DNA of 64,000 bases, from positions 624-64,623 of IMG/VR virus record IMGVR_UViG_3300043473_000169, one strand, 5' to 3'. Source of the stretch: a virus (taxonomy: Duplodnaviria > Caudoviricetes). Of this stretch, positions 1 to 9,368 are shown one piece after another. The notes below the pieces were generated by a model. It was not told the origin of the DNA, ran no database searches, and worked only from the letters and a program-made list of their open reading frames with translations. Each line of letters opens with the position of its first letter. The first letter of the stretch is position 1. The position numbers were made by a program, and so were the translations under genes.

Positions 1-233
1 TAGGCATTGAACCCGGGAATAGCGACATTGTTCGACGCCCCGGCTGGTGTGGCCATCGTTACGAAACCCACGGCCCCGGTGCCTCCGGGCAGGTCGGTGG
101 CCGCTACTTGCTTGGACAGGCCATCTTGCACCAGCATGAAGGTTTCAGTTCCGGTCAGTGGCGTGGTGGCTATCGGGAGATCGGTAACCTTGATCCCGGC
201 GTTGTTGAGGTTCTGGCGGACCGAAGCACTCAT
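1..233 (-). CDS. Tail fibre/virion protein, N-terminal part only (runs off the window start)
   Basis: My translation from ATG at 233: MSASVRQNLNNAGIKVTDLPIATTPLTGTETFMLVQDGLSKQVAA...; a fibre-like start. ATGA overlap with the upstream gene and no stop before the edge. Confidence 0.6.
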   Translation of the reverse strand, partial: MSASVRQNLNNAGIKVTDLPIATTPLTGTETFMLVQDGLSKQVAATDLPGGTGAVGFVTMATPAGASNNVAIPGFNA

Positions 234-568
234 AAGGCTATCTCCGTTTGCAAAAATTTCCCATCCTCGGTCAGTATGTACCACCCCGTGTCCTGCGTCC
301 AGAAGTATTGGGAGTACAGCGCCCAGCCATAATCCATCTGGCGACCAGTAACGGGTTCATCAGGCCGTACAAACGGCAGGTTGATGCGCTCCGATTGCCG
401 CGCTGGCAGCCTGTAGGGATCGTACTGGTCCCGGTCATCGACGCACACCATCAACCCGGGTGAATTCGGGTCCGGCCACAGTTGCGCCAGCGGAAACTTC
501 TTCCGGCAACGGTCACACAGCGCAATGCCTAGGGTCGGCTGGCCGGTGGTGTCGAGGTAGTAGCTCAT
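230..568 (-). CDS. Small Cys-rich virion-module protein (CDRC...VC)
   Basis: 112 aa ORF coupled by 4-nt overlaps to both neighbours; CxxC motif. Confidence 0.7.
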   Translation of the reverse strand: MSYYLDTTGQPTLGIALCDRCRKKFPLAQLWPDPNSPGLMVCVDDRDQYDPYRLPARQSERINLPFVRPDEPVTGRQMDYGWALYSQYFWTQDTGWYILTEDGKFLQTEIAL

Positions 569-1626
569 CGCGTGTACGGCGACAGATCAATGACGATGTT
601 AATCGGCGAACGATCCCGCTCTTCGGCCCACGCCAACGACAACGAGGACGAAGCCTCACCGGCTGTAATAGCTAGCATTTCGGGTTTGACCTCCGGCGTG
701 ATAATCGCCAGTCGCTTGGCCAGATTCCAGACCGTTGCCTCATACCAGCGCTGCGGCACTTCGAGTTCCTGCTGGAGCGTCCCCACGTCCATAATGTGCC
801 GCATACCCATGAAAGCCAGCTGCCGATAACGGGACGCGTTGTCTGGGGCTGGCCAGATGTTCATGATGCAATTCTCTCGCTGGCGGTCCAACCAATACTG
901 CACCGGGCGTCCGCGCACATTCTTGTCAGGGAGGTAGAAGTAGTCGTCGCGGTTAAGACGCGCCAGATTGATCTCGTTGATCCGGTTCGCAAACACCAGT
1001 TCGCGCACTGAGAACGGAAGCGAGTCAAGTCCTACTTCAAGTCTGTAGAATGCGACGGCAGGGACGCCCTGCGCATCGAACCAAAGCCATTGGAGATTCG
1101 TTACATCAGCGACACCTGTCACAGCCACCGTCCAAACTATCCCGTCTTCGGAATACTGGAAGCTGTACTCAAGCGACCCAGTCGTTGCCGGGAGCACCCC
1201 GACCGTGGTAACCACGGCGGTCTCATTCAACTCCAGCGTGATGGATTGATCGACGAGGCCGACCAGATCACAGGTGGTAGCAAAATCATCATCGAACGCG
1301 TTACCGGCAACGCCGGAAGTCGCGGAGGCGTTGCCCTCGGTCAACCGGTTCGTGTCCCGAATATTGGCATCGAGCACGTCGATCACACCTCGCGGCAACA
1401 CCACCGAGTATAGGCCCTCGGTGAACCCCAAGATGTACTTTGTCTGGCACCACAGGGGCCAACCCTGATTGAGCCATGCTGACATCATCAAGAATAACTG
1501 CTCTTTGGCAGTTTCGATCATCTCACCCGTGATCGACTGCGCGGGCAGCCGACAGCCACGATAGGCGCTGTCGATAACCTTACGAGTATTGAAAACTGTC
1601 GTCGAAATCGTACCGGACGTGGCCAC
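565..1626 (-). CDS. Head-tail adaptor/connector-type protein with an inserted discoidin (F5/8-C)-like domain
   Basis: 353 aa. MATSGT start and 'WLNQGWPLW...RP..YW.DR...WP.PD...P.RWY...LA' adaptor-like pattern. Central 'GNAFDDD.ATTC...FQYSEDG..W...FYRL' is discoidin-like. RBS GGAGA upstream. Confidence 0.6.
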   Translation of the reverse strand: MATSGTISTTVFNTRKVIDSAYRGCRLPAQSITGEMIETAKEQLFLMMSAWLNQGWPLWCQTKYILGFTEGLYSVVLPRGVIDVLDANIRDTNRLTEGNASATSGVAGNAFDDDFATTCDLVGLVDQSITLELNETAVVTTVGVLPATTGSLEYSFQYSEDGIVWTVAVTGVADVTNLQWLWFDAQGVPAVAFYRLEVGLDSLPFSVRELVFANRINEINLARLNRDDYFYLPDKNVRGRPVQYWLDRQRENCIMNIWPAPDNASRYRQLAFMGMRHIMDVGTLQQELEVPQRWYEATVWNLAKRLAIITPEVKPEMLAITAGEASSSLSLAWAEERDRSPINIVIDLSPYTR

Positions 1627-1700
1627 TTGAAGTCTCCTTAAAGATCTTACAAGTAGCCCCTCGGTACGAGGGGCACACCTGAACTAACATCGCCCTGTTT

Positions 1701-2546
1701 CTACTTTTTACCGAACATCGGCAATTTGTTGAAACCTTTGTGGCCCTTGGGCGCAGGAGCCGCCACATGCTTGGCAACTTCCCGCTTGGCTGCCTGAACA
1801 GCACCACCACCAGCCTTTTTCACCTTGAGGCGCTCTTTCAAGGCTCGTTCCACGGTGGCATCGGAATCACCCCCGAAGTAACTACCTTCTTCATCGCCCC
1901 GCGAAAACTTCTTCAAGTCTTCGGCGACGGGCTTTACACGAGTACCCCCAACAGCCCCGGGGTTGCGCTCGATAACTTTTTCAAGAGCTTCGCCCTGATC
2001 CCCTGCGCCTTTAAAGTCGACGTCACGAGAACGCTTGATGAATTTGGCCATATCTTTGCCAAACCTTTTGTTGGCCTTCTTAACCAACTTCCCCATGCCC
2101 GGGATCTTGCCGCCCTTGGCGTAGCCCGTTCGCAACGGACCCGAACCGCCGTACTCCACGTCAGCCTCGGTAATGAACGGCTTGCCGCGCTTGACGACCG
2201 AGTTACCCTGATCACCGATTGTGTCGGTTGTCATGGTCCCATCGCCCATACGCTTGACAGCACCCCCTTCTGCGAAGGAAAGCGCCCCACGACCCGGGGG
2301 ACGGCCCAAACCCGGACCCGGGCGGCCAGCAAAACCCGGACGCATGGGGGCCGCCATCGGCGGGGCAATCATTGGCCGAGCCGGTGGTAACATTTTCGGC
2401 CCCGAAGTAGGGGCAGCCAACGGCATTGACCCCCCAATAGCCTTGTGAACGGGTTTGGACCTTGTGTATCCTTTCACGCTCTGAGTTTTCCCGGTCGAGT
2501 TGGTAAAGCCAGCGCTCGATGGGAAAGAATGTCCTGACTTTGCCAT
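1701..2546 (-). CDS. Basic (Lys/Arg/Pro-rich) putative internal virion protein with AxGG motifs
   Basis: 281 aa containing FAEGGAV, YAKGGKI and KAGGGAV; RBS GGAGG upstream. Confidence 0.7.
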   Translation of the reverse strand: MAKSGHSFPSSAGFTNSTGKTQSVKGYTRSKPVHKAIGGSMPLAAPTSGPKMLPPARPMIAPPMAAPMRPGFAGRPGPGLGRPPGRGALSFAEGGAVKRMGDGTMTTDTIGDQGNSVVKRGKPFITEADVEYGGSGPLRTGYAKGGKIPGMGKLVKKANKRFGKDMAKFIKRSRDVDFKGAGDQGEALEKVIERNPGAVGGTRVKPVAEDLKKFSRGDEEGSYFGGDSDATVERALKERLKVKKAGGGAVQAAKREVAKHVAAPAPKGHKGFNKLPMFGKK

Positions 2547-2547
2547 T

Positions 2548-2868
2548 TTAACCTCCTCCCGACATGGTCACAGCATACCGGACGACACCATTGCCCGCTG
2601 TGCTGCGGACGCGTACGGCTGTTGCGGCTTCGGGGACATTGTAATACTTGCCGACGCCCACGAGGTTGTTCGCGGGCAACTCGATCCATGTTGGCGACGT
2701 ATCCGTAAACGGATTCGTGATCATGAAATCCGCCGTATAGTTCAAGTTACCGGAAACCTCCCGGACAACTATCTTCGCCTGCCCCCCGCCCTTGTTGTAC
2801 CAATCAAGAACAATCGGCACGTCAGCGAAAGGCTGCGTGGAGATTTCACGTGGGCCTACGGTGCGCAT
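2548..2868 (-). CDS. Hypothetical virion-module protein
   Basis: 106 aa beta-rich ORF packed in the late operon. Confidence 0.65.
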   Translation of the reverse strand: MRTVGPREISTQPFADVPIVLDWYNKGGGQAKIVVREVSGNLNYTADFMITNPFTDTSPTWIELPANNLVGVGKYYNVPEAATAVRVRSTAGNGVVRYAVTMSGGG

Positions 2869-2877
2869 AACGCCCCC

Positions 2878-3621
2878 TTAGGCTTGTGTGACGCCGAAGG
2901 CACCTACGCGGGTGGCATTCGGGCCGGACGCGATGCCGGGTGCAGCAATAAGCATGACCAGTCGTCGTGCTCCATTGGCTGCCAACGACAGCGTATAGGT
3001 GCCGCGAACGTCACCCGTAGCGCCGGTAGCCGGGGAAGTCTGGTCAGCAACCACCGGGGTGCCCGCGTCATCGGGGAGCAGGCCACCGTACTTGACGGCC
3101 AGAATGTAGCCAATGTCGATCACGCGGAGCGGCAGCCCCAGCGTATCGTTGAAGCCAACCGAAACGTTGGTGCCAAGTGCAGCGCTCGCCGAAACCGACA
3201 CGATTTCTTTGAAGGCCTTGAGCGTGGCAACTGTGTTGGCCGCAGGGCCGGTGCGGGTAACCGTCATGCGCTGGCCGTAGATATCGTAGCCAGTGATCGT
3301 GAAGTTGACGGCACCAAACGCGCCGCCAGAAGTGAGCGTGACGCAGCGCGCGTAGTCGAGCACGTACCGGATTTCACCGTTGACGTTGCGTGTCGTAACG
3401 CCCACGCCCGCGGTAAGAACAAGGTTGCCAGCGGCGAGAATCTGCTGCGCCGCGGCAATTCCGGCGTTGTTCAGGGCCGCAGGTACTGCTTCAAACAGAT
3501 AGACGCGACCCAACGGGCCGACACCTGTGGAAATGGGGGAACCGCCATCGGAAGCACCGGGCATACCGGAGCCACCGGGGACAGCAATACCGAGGAAAAG
3601 ATCGTCGCTAAATTGCGGCAT
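2878..3621 (-). CDS. Putative minor structural protein (Ala/Gly/Thr/Val-rich)
   Basis: Likely start MPQFSDD at 3621 after AAGGAG; directly downstream of the capsid gene. Confidence 0.7.
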   Translation of the reverse strand: MPQFSDDLFLGIAVPGGSGMPGASDGGSPISTGVGPLGRVYLFEAVPAALNNAGIAAAQQILAAGNLVLTAGVGVTTRNVNGEIRYVLDYARCVTLTSGGAFGAVNFTITGYDIYGQRMTVTRTGPAANTVATLKAFKEIVSVSASAALGTNVSVGFNDTLGLPLRVIDIGYILAVKYGGLLPDDAGTPVVADQTSPATGATGDVRGTYTLSLAANGARRLVMLIAAPGIASGPNATRVGAFGVTQA

Positions 3622-3669
3622 TTGAATCTCCTTGAAAAGAATCAGGGCCATGAAGCCCTATGCCAGTTG

Positions 3670-3700
3670 AGAAAAAGGGGCCGGAATTACCCGGCCCCGA
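3670..3700 (-). terminator. Rho-independent terminator downstream of the major capsid gene
   Basis: GGGGCCGG-6 nt-CCGGCCCC stem followed on the minus strand by TTTTTCT. Confidence 0.75.
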
Positions 3701-3720
3701 ACCTGTCATCACTCCACCGA

Positions 3721-4635
3721 TCAAACTCCGGGCGTGCCGTAAAGGGCGCGGGGGTCGGTCCATCCGGGGATGTAACGCTCCGTGCTCTTGTACTTCATGC
3801 TGTCCGTCTCGAAGTCGCCTTCCATCGACTTTTCGAGCTTGCGGCGCATCGCCATCTTCATACCCTGCGGCGCGTCGGTCTGCACCCACCATGCGGTGGT
3901 GCTCGTAATACGCGCGAGGTTGGCCTGCCCCTTCGGCAACATCCCCATCGATTTCACGGGGTTGATATCGTTGTTGGCCGTGCCGGTCCGCAGGACGCTC
4001 TTGAGGAGCACCTCGGCCTGAAACACGTTGGACGGGCCGCACACGATCTGCGTCGGGTTGAGGCGGATACGCTTGCCGTTGTTGTCAACAGCGTTGCGGA
4101 TCTGGATCAACATCTGCTCCAGCGACGTTTGCGACAGAACTGCCGCTGCGGTCAACAGGTTGCTGAACGTGCCGTTCGCGATCGGGTGATTGGTCACGTT
4201 GAGCGCCACGCCGTCACCACCGACAAACGCGCCGTTAAAGGCACGGTTGAGGATGTTGGCGCAAAGCGTCTCTTTGGTTTCGATCATCGACTGCGCGAGA
4301 TGTTCCGCATAGGTCTTGCCGATCGAAATGTGGTCACCATCTTCCACGAGGACCTTGGTCAGCGCGAACGCGAGACCGTAGACCTTGTAGTTGTAGCGCT
4401 GAATGAACAGCACACCGCCTGACTGGTAGGTGACCGGCGAACCGTCCGGAAGCTCCGGCGCGGCTCCCATGCCGTAAAGGACCGGCTCTTCGTGATAGGC
4501 ACGCGGGGTGCCGTTGAATTCACGAAAAACCTGCTTCCACTCATCTGCACGCTGCGTGTAGATGCCGTCGAATACCTGATTCAGAATCGGCTCGACGATG
4601 GAGCGGAAGTCTGTACTTCTCATTGGGACTGCCAT
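3721..4635 (-). CDS. Major capsid protein (HK97 fold, Mu gpT-like family)
   Basis: 304 aa with 'GDGVAL..TNHP', 'GKRI...P..IVC.P', 'TAWWVQTD', 'GDFETD..KYK..ERY..GW.DPR..YG.PG'; AAGGAG RBS; synteny. Confidence 0.9.
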   Translation of the reverse strand: MAVPMRSTDFRSIVEPILNQVFDGIYTQRADEWKQVFREFNGTPRAYHEEPVLYGMGAAPELPDGSPVTYQSGGVLFIQRYNYKVYGLAFALTKVLVEDGDHISIGKTYAEHLAQSMIETKETLCANILNRAFNGAFVGGDGVALNVTNHPIANGTFSNLLTAAAVLSQTSLEQMLIQIRNAVDNNGKRIRLNPTQIVCGPSNVFQAEVLLKSVLRTGTANNDINPVKSMGMLPKGQANLARITSTTAWWVQTDAPQGMKMAMRRKLEKSMEGDFETDSMKYKSTERYIPGWTDPRALYGTPGV

Positions 4636-4647
4636 GACTTTGCTCCT

Positions 4648-5211
4648 TTAGAATGGCGTGCTGTCCGCAACCAGCTGATGCTCAGCGATGCGAACTTCGA
4701 CGATGGTGAAAGCGTCACCCCACGCATTGTCGATATAGGGCATCAGGCCGAGTACCTGCAAGCCCGCAATCGCCGCAGCAGTCGGCACCGTCAACGCGAC
4801 GTTTGAAAGTCCCGTTGTGGTATTGCCTGCCGTGGTATCGTTGAGTGACCAGTCGGCACACTCCCCGATATCATCCTGTAACACCGGGCCCGTGGCTTGG
4901 ATCTCGTACGTGATGTAGATATCACGCGTGATGTAGGCCACGATCTCGGTTGCGACCTGATTTGCAGGCCACGTGTTGGAGTAACGGCGTCTGCCGTCGC
5001 TTGGGGTGTATTCCACACCCATGAAGACACCAATGGCTCGCGCGCCCACGGCAGCAAGGGCGATCGTGCCCGTGGCTGCCACGTACTGGACTGGCGAGTA
5101 TTGGAAGATGTTGGTATTCAGCGCGGAGGCGACTTGCACAGCGACCGGTCGGATTGAACCTGACGGATGGTACACGGGCCTCAGGCCGAAAGGGGCAGCT
5201 ACAGCTGACAT
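4648..5211 (-). CDS. Capsid decoration/cement-type protein
   Basis: 187 aa with a 'PFGLRPV' start, immediately upstream of the capsid gene. Confidence 0.6.
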   Translation of the reverse strand: MSAVAAPFGLRPVYHPSGSIRPVAVQVASALNTNIFQYSPVQYVAATGTIALAAVGARAIGVFMGVEYTPSDGRRRYSNTWPANQVATEIVAYITRDIYITYEIQATGPVLQDDIGECADWSLNDTTAGNTTTGLSNVALTVPTAAAIAGLQVLGLMPYIDNAWGDAFTIVEVRIAEHQLVADSTPF

Positions 5212-5249
5212 TTTCTTTGGCTCCTGAAGTTAAAAGGCCGTCTGCCCGA

Positions 5250-5795
5250 CTAATGCTCAAAAATCGGGCGAGACTTGTTTTTGCCCAACTCTTCGTTGCC
5301 TTCCTCTGCGATCACCTCGGCCTTCTGTGCTCGTGCGTTCTGCTGAATGGTCTCAAGGACTGCACTCAACTTTTCTTCCTCGGCATTAGGCGCGTTATGA
5401 TGCGCCTCCGTCATGTACATTTCGTACAGGTCGAGGGGAAGTTTTGCAAGAAGCATCTCGTTGACGCCGATACAACCTGCGTAATCGCCTGACTTCAAGG
5501 TCACAGCCTCAAAGCCCGGGAAATCAGATGCTTTGAGAAGCTCATAGCCGAGCCGCTGGCGCATCATGATGGAATCACGCGGGTTTGTCGTCGTCAACCA
5601 GCACAAATGGTAGCCGGGTATCTCTGCAAGGGTCGGTAAAGCAGAATTGAACAATTGATCCTTGAAGAACTTCAGCCTTTCGTCGTTGGTCACCCTGTTC
5701 TGCGTCACGGACCTTTCGTCCTGCGTGCGGGAAGGGCGATTCTCATTTTGGCCTCGGTTGCTCAAGCGTACATCACGTTCGGTTTCACTTGCCAT
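5250..5795 (-). CDS. Conserved head-module protein of unknown function
   Basis: 181 aa with 'IPGYHLCW......LGYE..GD..G.IGV.EMLL.K.P'; between scaffold and decoration genes. Confidence 0.7.
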   Translation of the reverse strand: MASETERDVRLSNRGQNENRPSRTQDERSVTQNRVTNDERLKFFKDQLFNSALPTLAEIPGYHLCWLTTTNPRDSIMMRQRLGYELLKASDFPGFEAVTLKSGDYAGCIGVNEMLLAKLPLDLYEMYMTEAHHNAPNAEEEKLSAVLETIQQNARAQKAEVIAEEGNEELGKNKSRPIFEH

Positions 5796-5823
5796 CGTAG
5801 CTTACTCCTACTAAGCTCGGTTA

Positions 5824-6918
5824 TTAGCGCCCAGCGCCCTGCGGGTGTTCTTTGTCCCACTTCGCATAAGACTGGACGTACTTGTCGCGCAGTTCGGGGT
5901 CATCCCAAACTCCCGCCTCAATCATCGCCTGTTTCCGCTCACTTGATAGGAGAAATTGTTTGCCACTCCCCCTCGTCTGTGAACCTGACGACATACGAGG
6001 ACCACCGCCCCCACCATTGGGTTTTGCTGCACCATTACGGCGCGCGGGCGCGGGCGCTTCCTCTTCGTCGTCATCGTCGTCGTTCTCGGCTTGTCTACCT
6101 CCGAAAGCCTTCATGCGCTCCGGTAACCGCCGCTGCATGCGCTCTTCCAGTTCGACCCAGTAGTCCTTGGTGGCGGGGTCGAAGCCCTCGTCCTTGACAG
6201 CGGCATCCAACGCCAGCACAACCCGCGATTCCTCATCAGATCCGGTCGGGTCAAACCACTTGTGGCGTGCCCCAAAGACCTGCAGATTGCGGATAACGCT
6301 TGGCGATGGGCGCTGCTGTGCAGGAGCATCGGTCTGCTCCTCGGTAGCTTCTTCCTCTTCCCCAGCCTCTTCACGATTGGCCAACTGCTGGCGATAGCCT
6401 GCTAGGCGATTGATGCCAGCTTCCAATTCACGGATCGTCCGGTTCAGCTTGACAACGTCGCCACCGTTATTGGCCTCGATGGCCTGCGCAAGCACCTCTT
6501 CTGCCTCATTACGGGCATTCTTGAGTTGCTCAAGTCGGCTATCGACCTGCGACACCTCGTTCTTGCTCATCCGCTGGTCGAGGGATCCTACAGCCCTTTC
6601 AAGCTGTTCGTTCCGCGTCCGTAGGAAATGCATTTCACGAGAGTCGCGATCACGGGCAGCCTGTTGCCGCGCTTTCTGGGCCCTACGCTCACGCCGCCGG
6701 CGTTCGCGCTTCGCTTCAATTTCCTCCGCAGACCCGGTGTCAGGTTCAGGCGATGCTTCATCGTCCTCTTCCTCGGTACGCTGCGAAGCGGACAGGCGCT
6801 CGTCGTCCCCATATTTACCGGCTTTATCAGCCGGTGTCTTGTCCGTGGACTCCTCGCCTTCCTCTACAATCTCGAACTCGGGCTTATACCCGGGGTCCTT
6901 TTCATCTTTCTCGGCCAT
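5824..6918 (-). CDS. Putative capsid scaffolding protein
   Basis: Acidic and coiled-coil rich, with C-terminal 'LSSERKQAMIEAGVWDD...YAK'. Start MAEKDE at 6918 after AAGGAG. Confidence 0.65.
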   Translation of the reverse strand: MAEKDEKDPGYKPEFEIVEEGEESTDKTPADKAGKYGDDERLSASQRTEEEDDEASPEPDTGSAEEIEAKRERRRRERRAQKARQQAARDRDSREMHFLRTRNEQLERAVGSLDQRMSKNEVSQVDSRLEQLKNARNEAEEVLAQAIEANNGGDVVKLNRTIRELEAGINRLAGYRQQLANREEAGEEEEATEEQTDAPAQQRPSPSVIRNLQVFGARHKWFDPTGSDEESRVVLALDAAVKDEGFDPATKDYWVELEERMQRRLPERMKAFGGRQAENDDDDDEEEAPAPARRNGAAKPNGGGGGPRMSSGSQTRGSGKQFLLSSERKQAMIEAGVWDDPELRDKYVQSYAKWDKEHPQGAGR

Positions 6919-6936
6919 GTGCACAGCTCCTTACAG

Positions 6937-7380
6937 CTATACGAACGCTACGTCGGCTAGGGGCTTGGGCACCCTGCCGAGTAGATACAGGTGGTCCACT
7001 AGCGTGAACAGGGCAACGTCACCGTCGTCCGCGTCCCGCCCGGGGATCTTGACTTCAAACTTGTCGGCATTGTGCTTCGGTATGCGCACATAATCACCAA
7101 CCTTGCACCATGACCCTTCCGGCCACGGCTCCAAGGTTTTCTGATCTTTGAACGCGGTGGGACCAATGGCACGAACAACGCCCACTTGGTTATTCCAAGT
7201 GATGGTGTCCTTCGTCTCATCGGCCAGCACAATGCCACCTTTCGTCACTTTCTTGGGTGTCCTCATTTGCACAAGGACGCGGGAGCCATATGGCTCCAGA
7301 TTGTAGTCTACTATCGGAAACGCTTGTTCAAGCGTCTGGTCGAATTCGACTCGGGGTGCGAAACTTACTGAACGAGTCAC
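6937..7380 (-). CDS. groES: GroES-like co-chaperonin
   Basis: 'LEPYGSRVLVQ...KKVTKGGIVL.DETK...VGVVRAIGP...WCKVGDYVRIPKH' matches the Cpn10 pattern. Confidence 0.85.
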   Translation of the reverse strand: MTRSVSFAPRVEFDQTLEQAFPIVDYNLEPYGSRVLVQMRTPKKVTKGGIVLADETKDTITWNNQVGVVRAIGPTAFKDQKTLEPWPEGSWCKVGDYVRIPKHNADKFEVKIPGRDADDGDVALFTLVDHLYLLGRVPKPLADVAFV

Positions 7381-7589
7381 TAGAGATTTTCCTCTCGTTT
7401 CTTTTCTTTCTGCTTGTCCTCAGCTAGCAGACCCTCGATATCTTGCAACATCGTTTCGTATGCTAAGTGAGTCCCACACGCCACGCCGTAGTCAAACCCT
7501 TTCTTGCCTTGCGGAACGCTTAAGTTCGCTACGGCAAACTCGAGTTGCCTACGACGCAGCATGTCGATTACTTGATTTACACTAGCCAC
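7380..7589 (-). CDS. Small conserved head-module protein
   Basis: 69 aa with 'FDYGVACG...Y'; overlaps the groES start. Confidence 0.6.
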   Translation of the reverse strand: MASVNQVIDMLRRRQLEFAVANLSVPQGKKGFDYGVACGTHLAYETMLQDIEGLLAEDKQKEKKREENL

Positions 7590-7636
7590 TGGGAGAATCC
7601 CCCGCGAGGGTCGAGTATATCACGCGAGCCGGGTCC

Positions 7637-7819
7637 TCAGGAAGATTTCCCCGCGAACGGCTTCGAGTGACCGTACTTTCCCGCCTTGTTCTGGGCACCC
7701 TTTTTGAATGGATTGACTTTTCCACCCTTTTTGAAGCCCGGCTGACCGGCGGTTGACGGCGGGGACGCCAGTGGCTCCCCGGTGGCTAACTGGTAATGCT
7801 GACGACACATCGTGCTCAT
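7637..7819 (-). CDS. Small basic protein with an FKKGGKV motif
   Basis: 60 aa; AAGGAG RBS before ATG at 7819. Confidence 0.6.
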   Translation of the reverse strand: MSTMCRQHYQLATGEPLASPPSTAGQPGFKKGGKVNPFKKGAQNKAGKYGHSKPFAGKSS

Positions 7820-7829
7820 TGCAATCTCC

Positions 7830-9368
7830 TTAACGACCTAGAGTATAGAAATATTGGTTGATGACCCAAGCGCGCAGTCGGCTGTAGCCCGCCATGGGGC
7901 TGCCATCGAAGAAAAACCCTTCGGTCAGCACTTCATCGCGCTCGGGGCCAAATGGAAAGGGAGCCCACCACGTAAGCCCGGGGTTGTCGGGATCCACACT
8001 TGCAAAGGGGACGTCCGGCCAGCCACCCTGCTCTTCCACCGTGTTGATCCACTGTGACGAGGATTCAACGCCACGGATCGCGTTGTCAACCTCGTCGAAC
8101 ACCCGGTTGAGGCTGTTGTCACCGATCAGGTAGCGCCGCGAAGGCATCATTCCGACCGTGGTCCGCATCAACTGGGTAAATGCGAGACCTTCCTGACGCA
8201 GCGGGTGCAACAGGGCGATGGCGGGGCGCAGCACGCCGCTGTAGTCAGCCCCGAGACCGTCCGGCCACGCCTCAAACTGGATCGTGGGCTGCATGTAATC
8301 TGCCGGCTTGTTGGTGAAGAACCCATCCTGATCGGGGGGTTGTGTCCAACCGAACTCGCAATTGAGCGCCGAGTGTGCGGCGGATCCAACAGGGATCGTG
8401 CCAGTAACCTTGGCGAGCACCAACGAATCATTGTTGTTGGGCCCGCGCACCGCGATGCACCCAACAAGATTGCACTTCATTTTGAAGCCGAGAGCCGCAT
8501 TGAAACCGCCGTTGTCGGAGATGTTCAAGCCTGCGCCCGCCGCGTAATTGATACGCCCATGGTCGTAATGCAGGTTGTTAACCTGCGCGTGGTTGGTGGC
8601 CGACGACAGCGGATTGCGGTCAGTGGTGTGGGCATACACGGACTGCATCGACAGTGAACGGAGCACCGGATCCGAACCCCCGATCAGGTGGCCGTAACCA
8701 TGATCCTGCCCCGGTTCGTGGTTGGTGATATTCTCGTCACCGAACTCTGGTGGCACGTGCAGCGGATCGTAGACCGCGCCCCGGATCCAGCTGATACCGT
8801 TGACCGCATAAAACACCTGCACGCCCTCATCCATCGTGTAGCGGGCCTCGCAGTTGATGAATGCGACGTCGTGGGGGTGGAAGCCGTCGGCGGAGGCCTG
8901 CAAAGCGTCGCGATTGCCCGCATGCAAATTTGTGACCCCCTCGGCTGCAGGGCCGTCGCCCATCCACGATGCCATGTTCCACACCCGCATGTTGGACCCG
9001 CCCCTGAGCAAGGGCACACATGCCTGCAGCACAAGACCCGCGCCGGGGGCCGCATGCCCGACGTAGTCAAAATTCCCACGTCCGGCGGGGGAGTTGACTG
9101 ACCTGCCGACATACAGGTAACCCCCAATGAACGCACAGATCCACTTGGAGAACGCTTCACCCTGATCGGCCTCCCAACAATACCGGAAGGTCCCCTCGAA
9201 GATGTTGGGGCCACGTTCGGACGGGCCACCATTCTTGGTGTCGGCATAATCCGAAATGATATAGATCTTGGAGGGTAGGTCACCTGCGGTGACGTCCAGC
9301 CCGGGACCCACGACCCCGGGCAGGGCTGAGCGGTACCCGCCTGACTGATTCGGCCATTGTGCAATCAT
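7830..9368 (-). CDS. Pectate-lyase-like (parallel beta-helix) protein
   Basis: 512 aa. 'GTFRYC...GH.APG.GLVL' N-terminus and 'DAL...DE...HGYG.LIG...YAH..DRNP' resemble PL1 family lyases. Confidence 0.6.
   Translation of the reverse strand: MIAQWPNQSGGYRSALPGVVGPGLDVTAGDLPSKIYIISDYADTKNGGPSERGPNIFEGTFRYCWEADQGEAFSKWICAFIGGYLYVGRSVNSPAGRGNFDYVGHAAPGAGLVLQACVPLLRGGSNMRVWNMASWMGDGPAAEGVTNLHAGNRDALQASADGFHPHDVAFINCEARYTMDEGVQVFYAVNGISWIRGAVYDPLHVPPEFGDENITNHEPGQDHGYGHLIGGSDPVLRSLSMQSVYAHTTDRNPLSSATNHAQVNNLHYDHGRINYAAGAGLNISDNGGFNAALGFKMKCNLVGCIAVRGPNNNDSLVLAKVTGTIPVGSAAHSALNCEFGWTQPPDQDGFFTNKPADYMQPTIQFEAWPDGLGADYSGVLRPAIALLHPLRQEGLAFTQLMRTTVGMMPSRRYLIGDNSLNRVFDEVDNAIRGVESSSQWINTVEEQGGWPDVPFASVDPDNPGLTWWAPFPFGPERDEVLTEGFFFDGSPMAGYSRLRAWVINQYFYTLGR

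Noticed and set aside
2500-4422. 640-aa plus-strand ORF (also 16594-17424, 32045-32980, 35004-35936, 40167-41192, 58364-59461)
   Set aside because: These are antisense shadows of well-supported genes in GC-rich DNA, with no motifs or RBS.
7620-7808. Alternative 62-aa ORF
   Set aside because: The overlapping frame 7637-7819 has an AAGGAG RBS and the FKKGGKV motif shared with other virion proteins.
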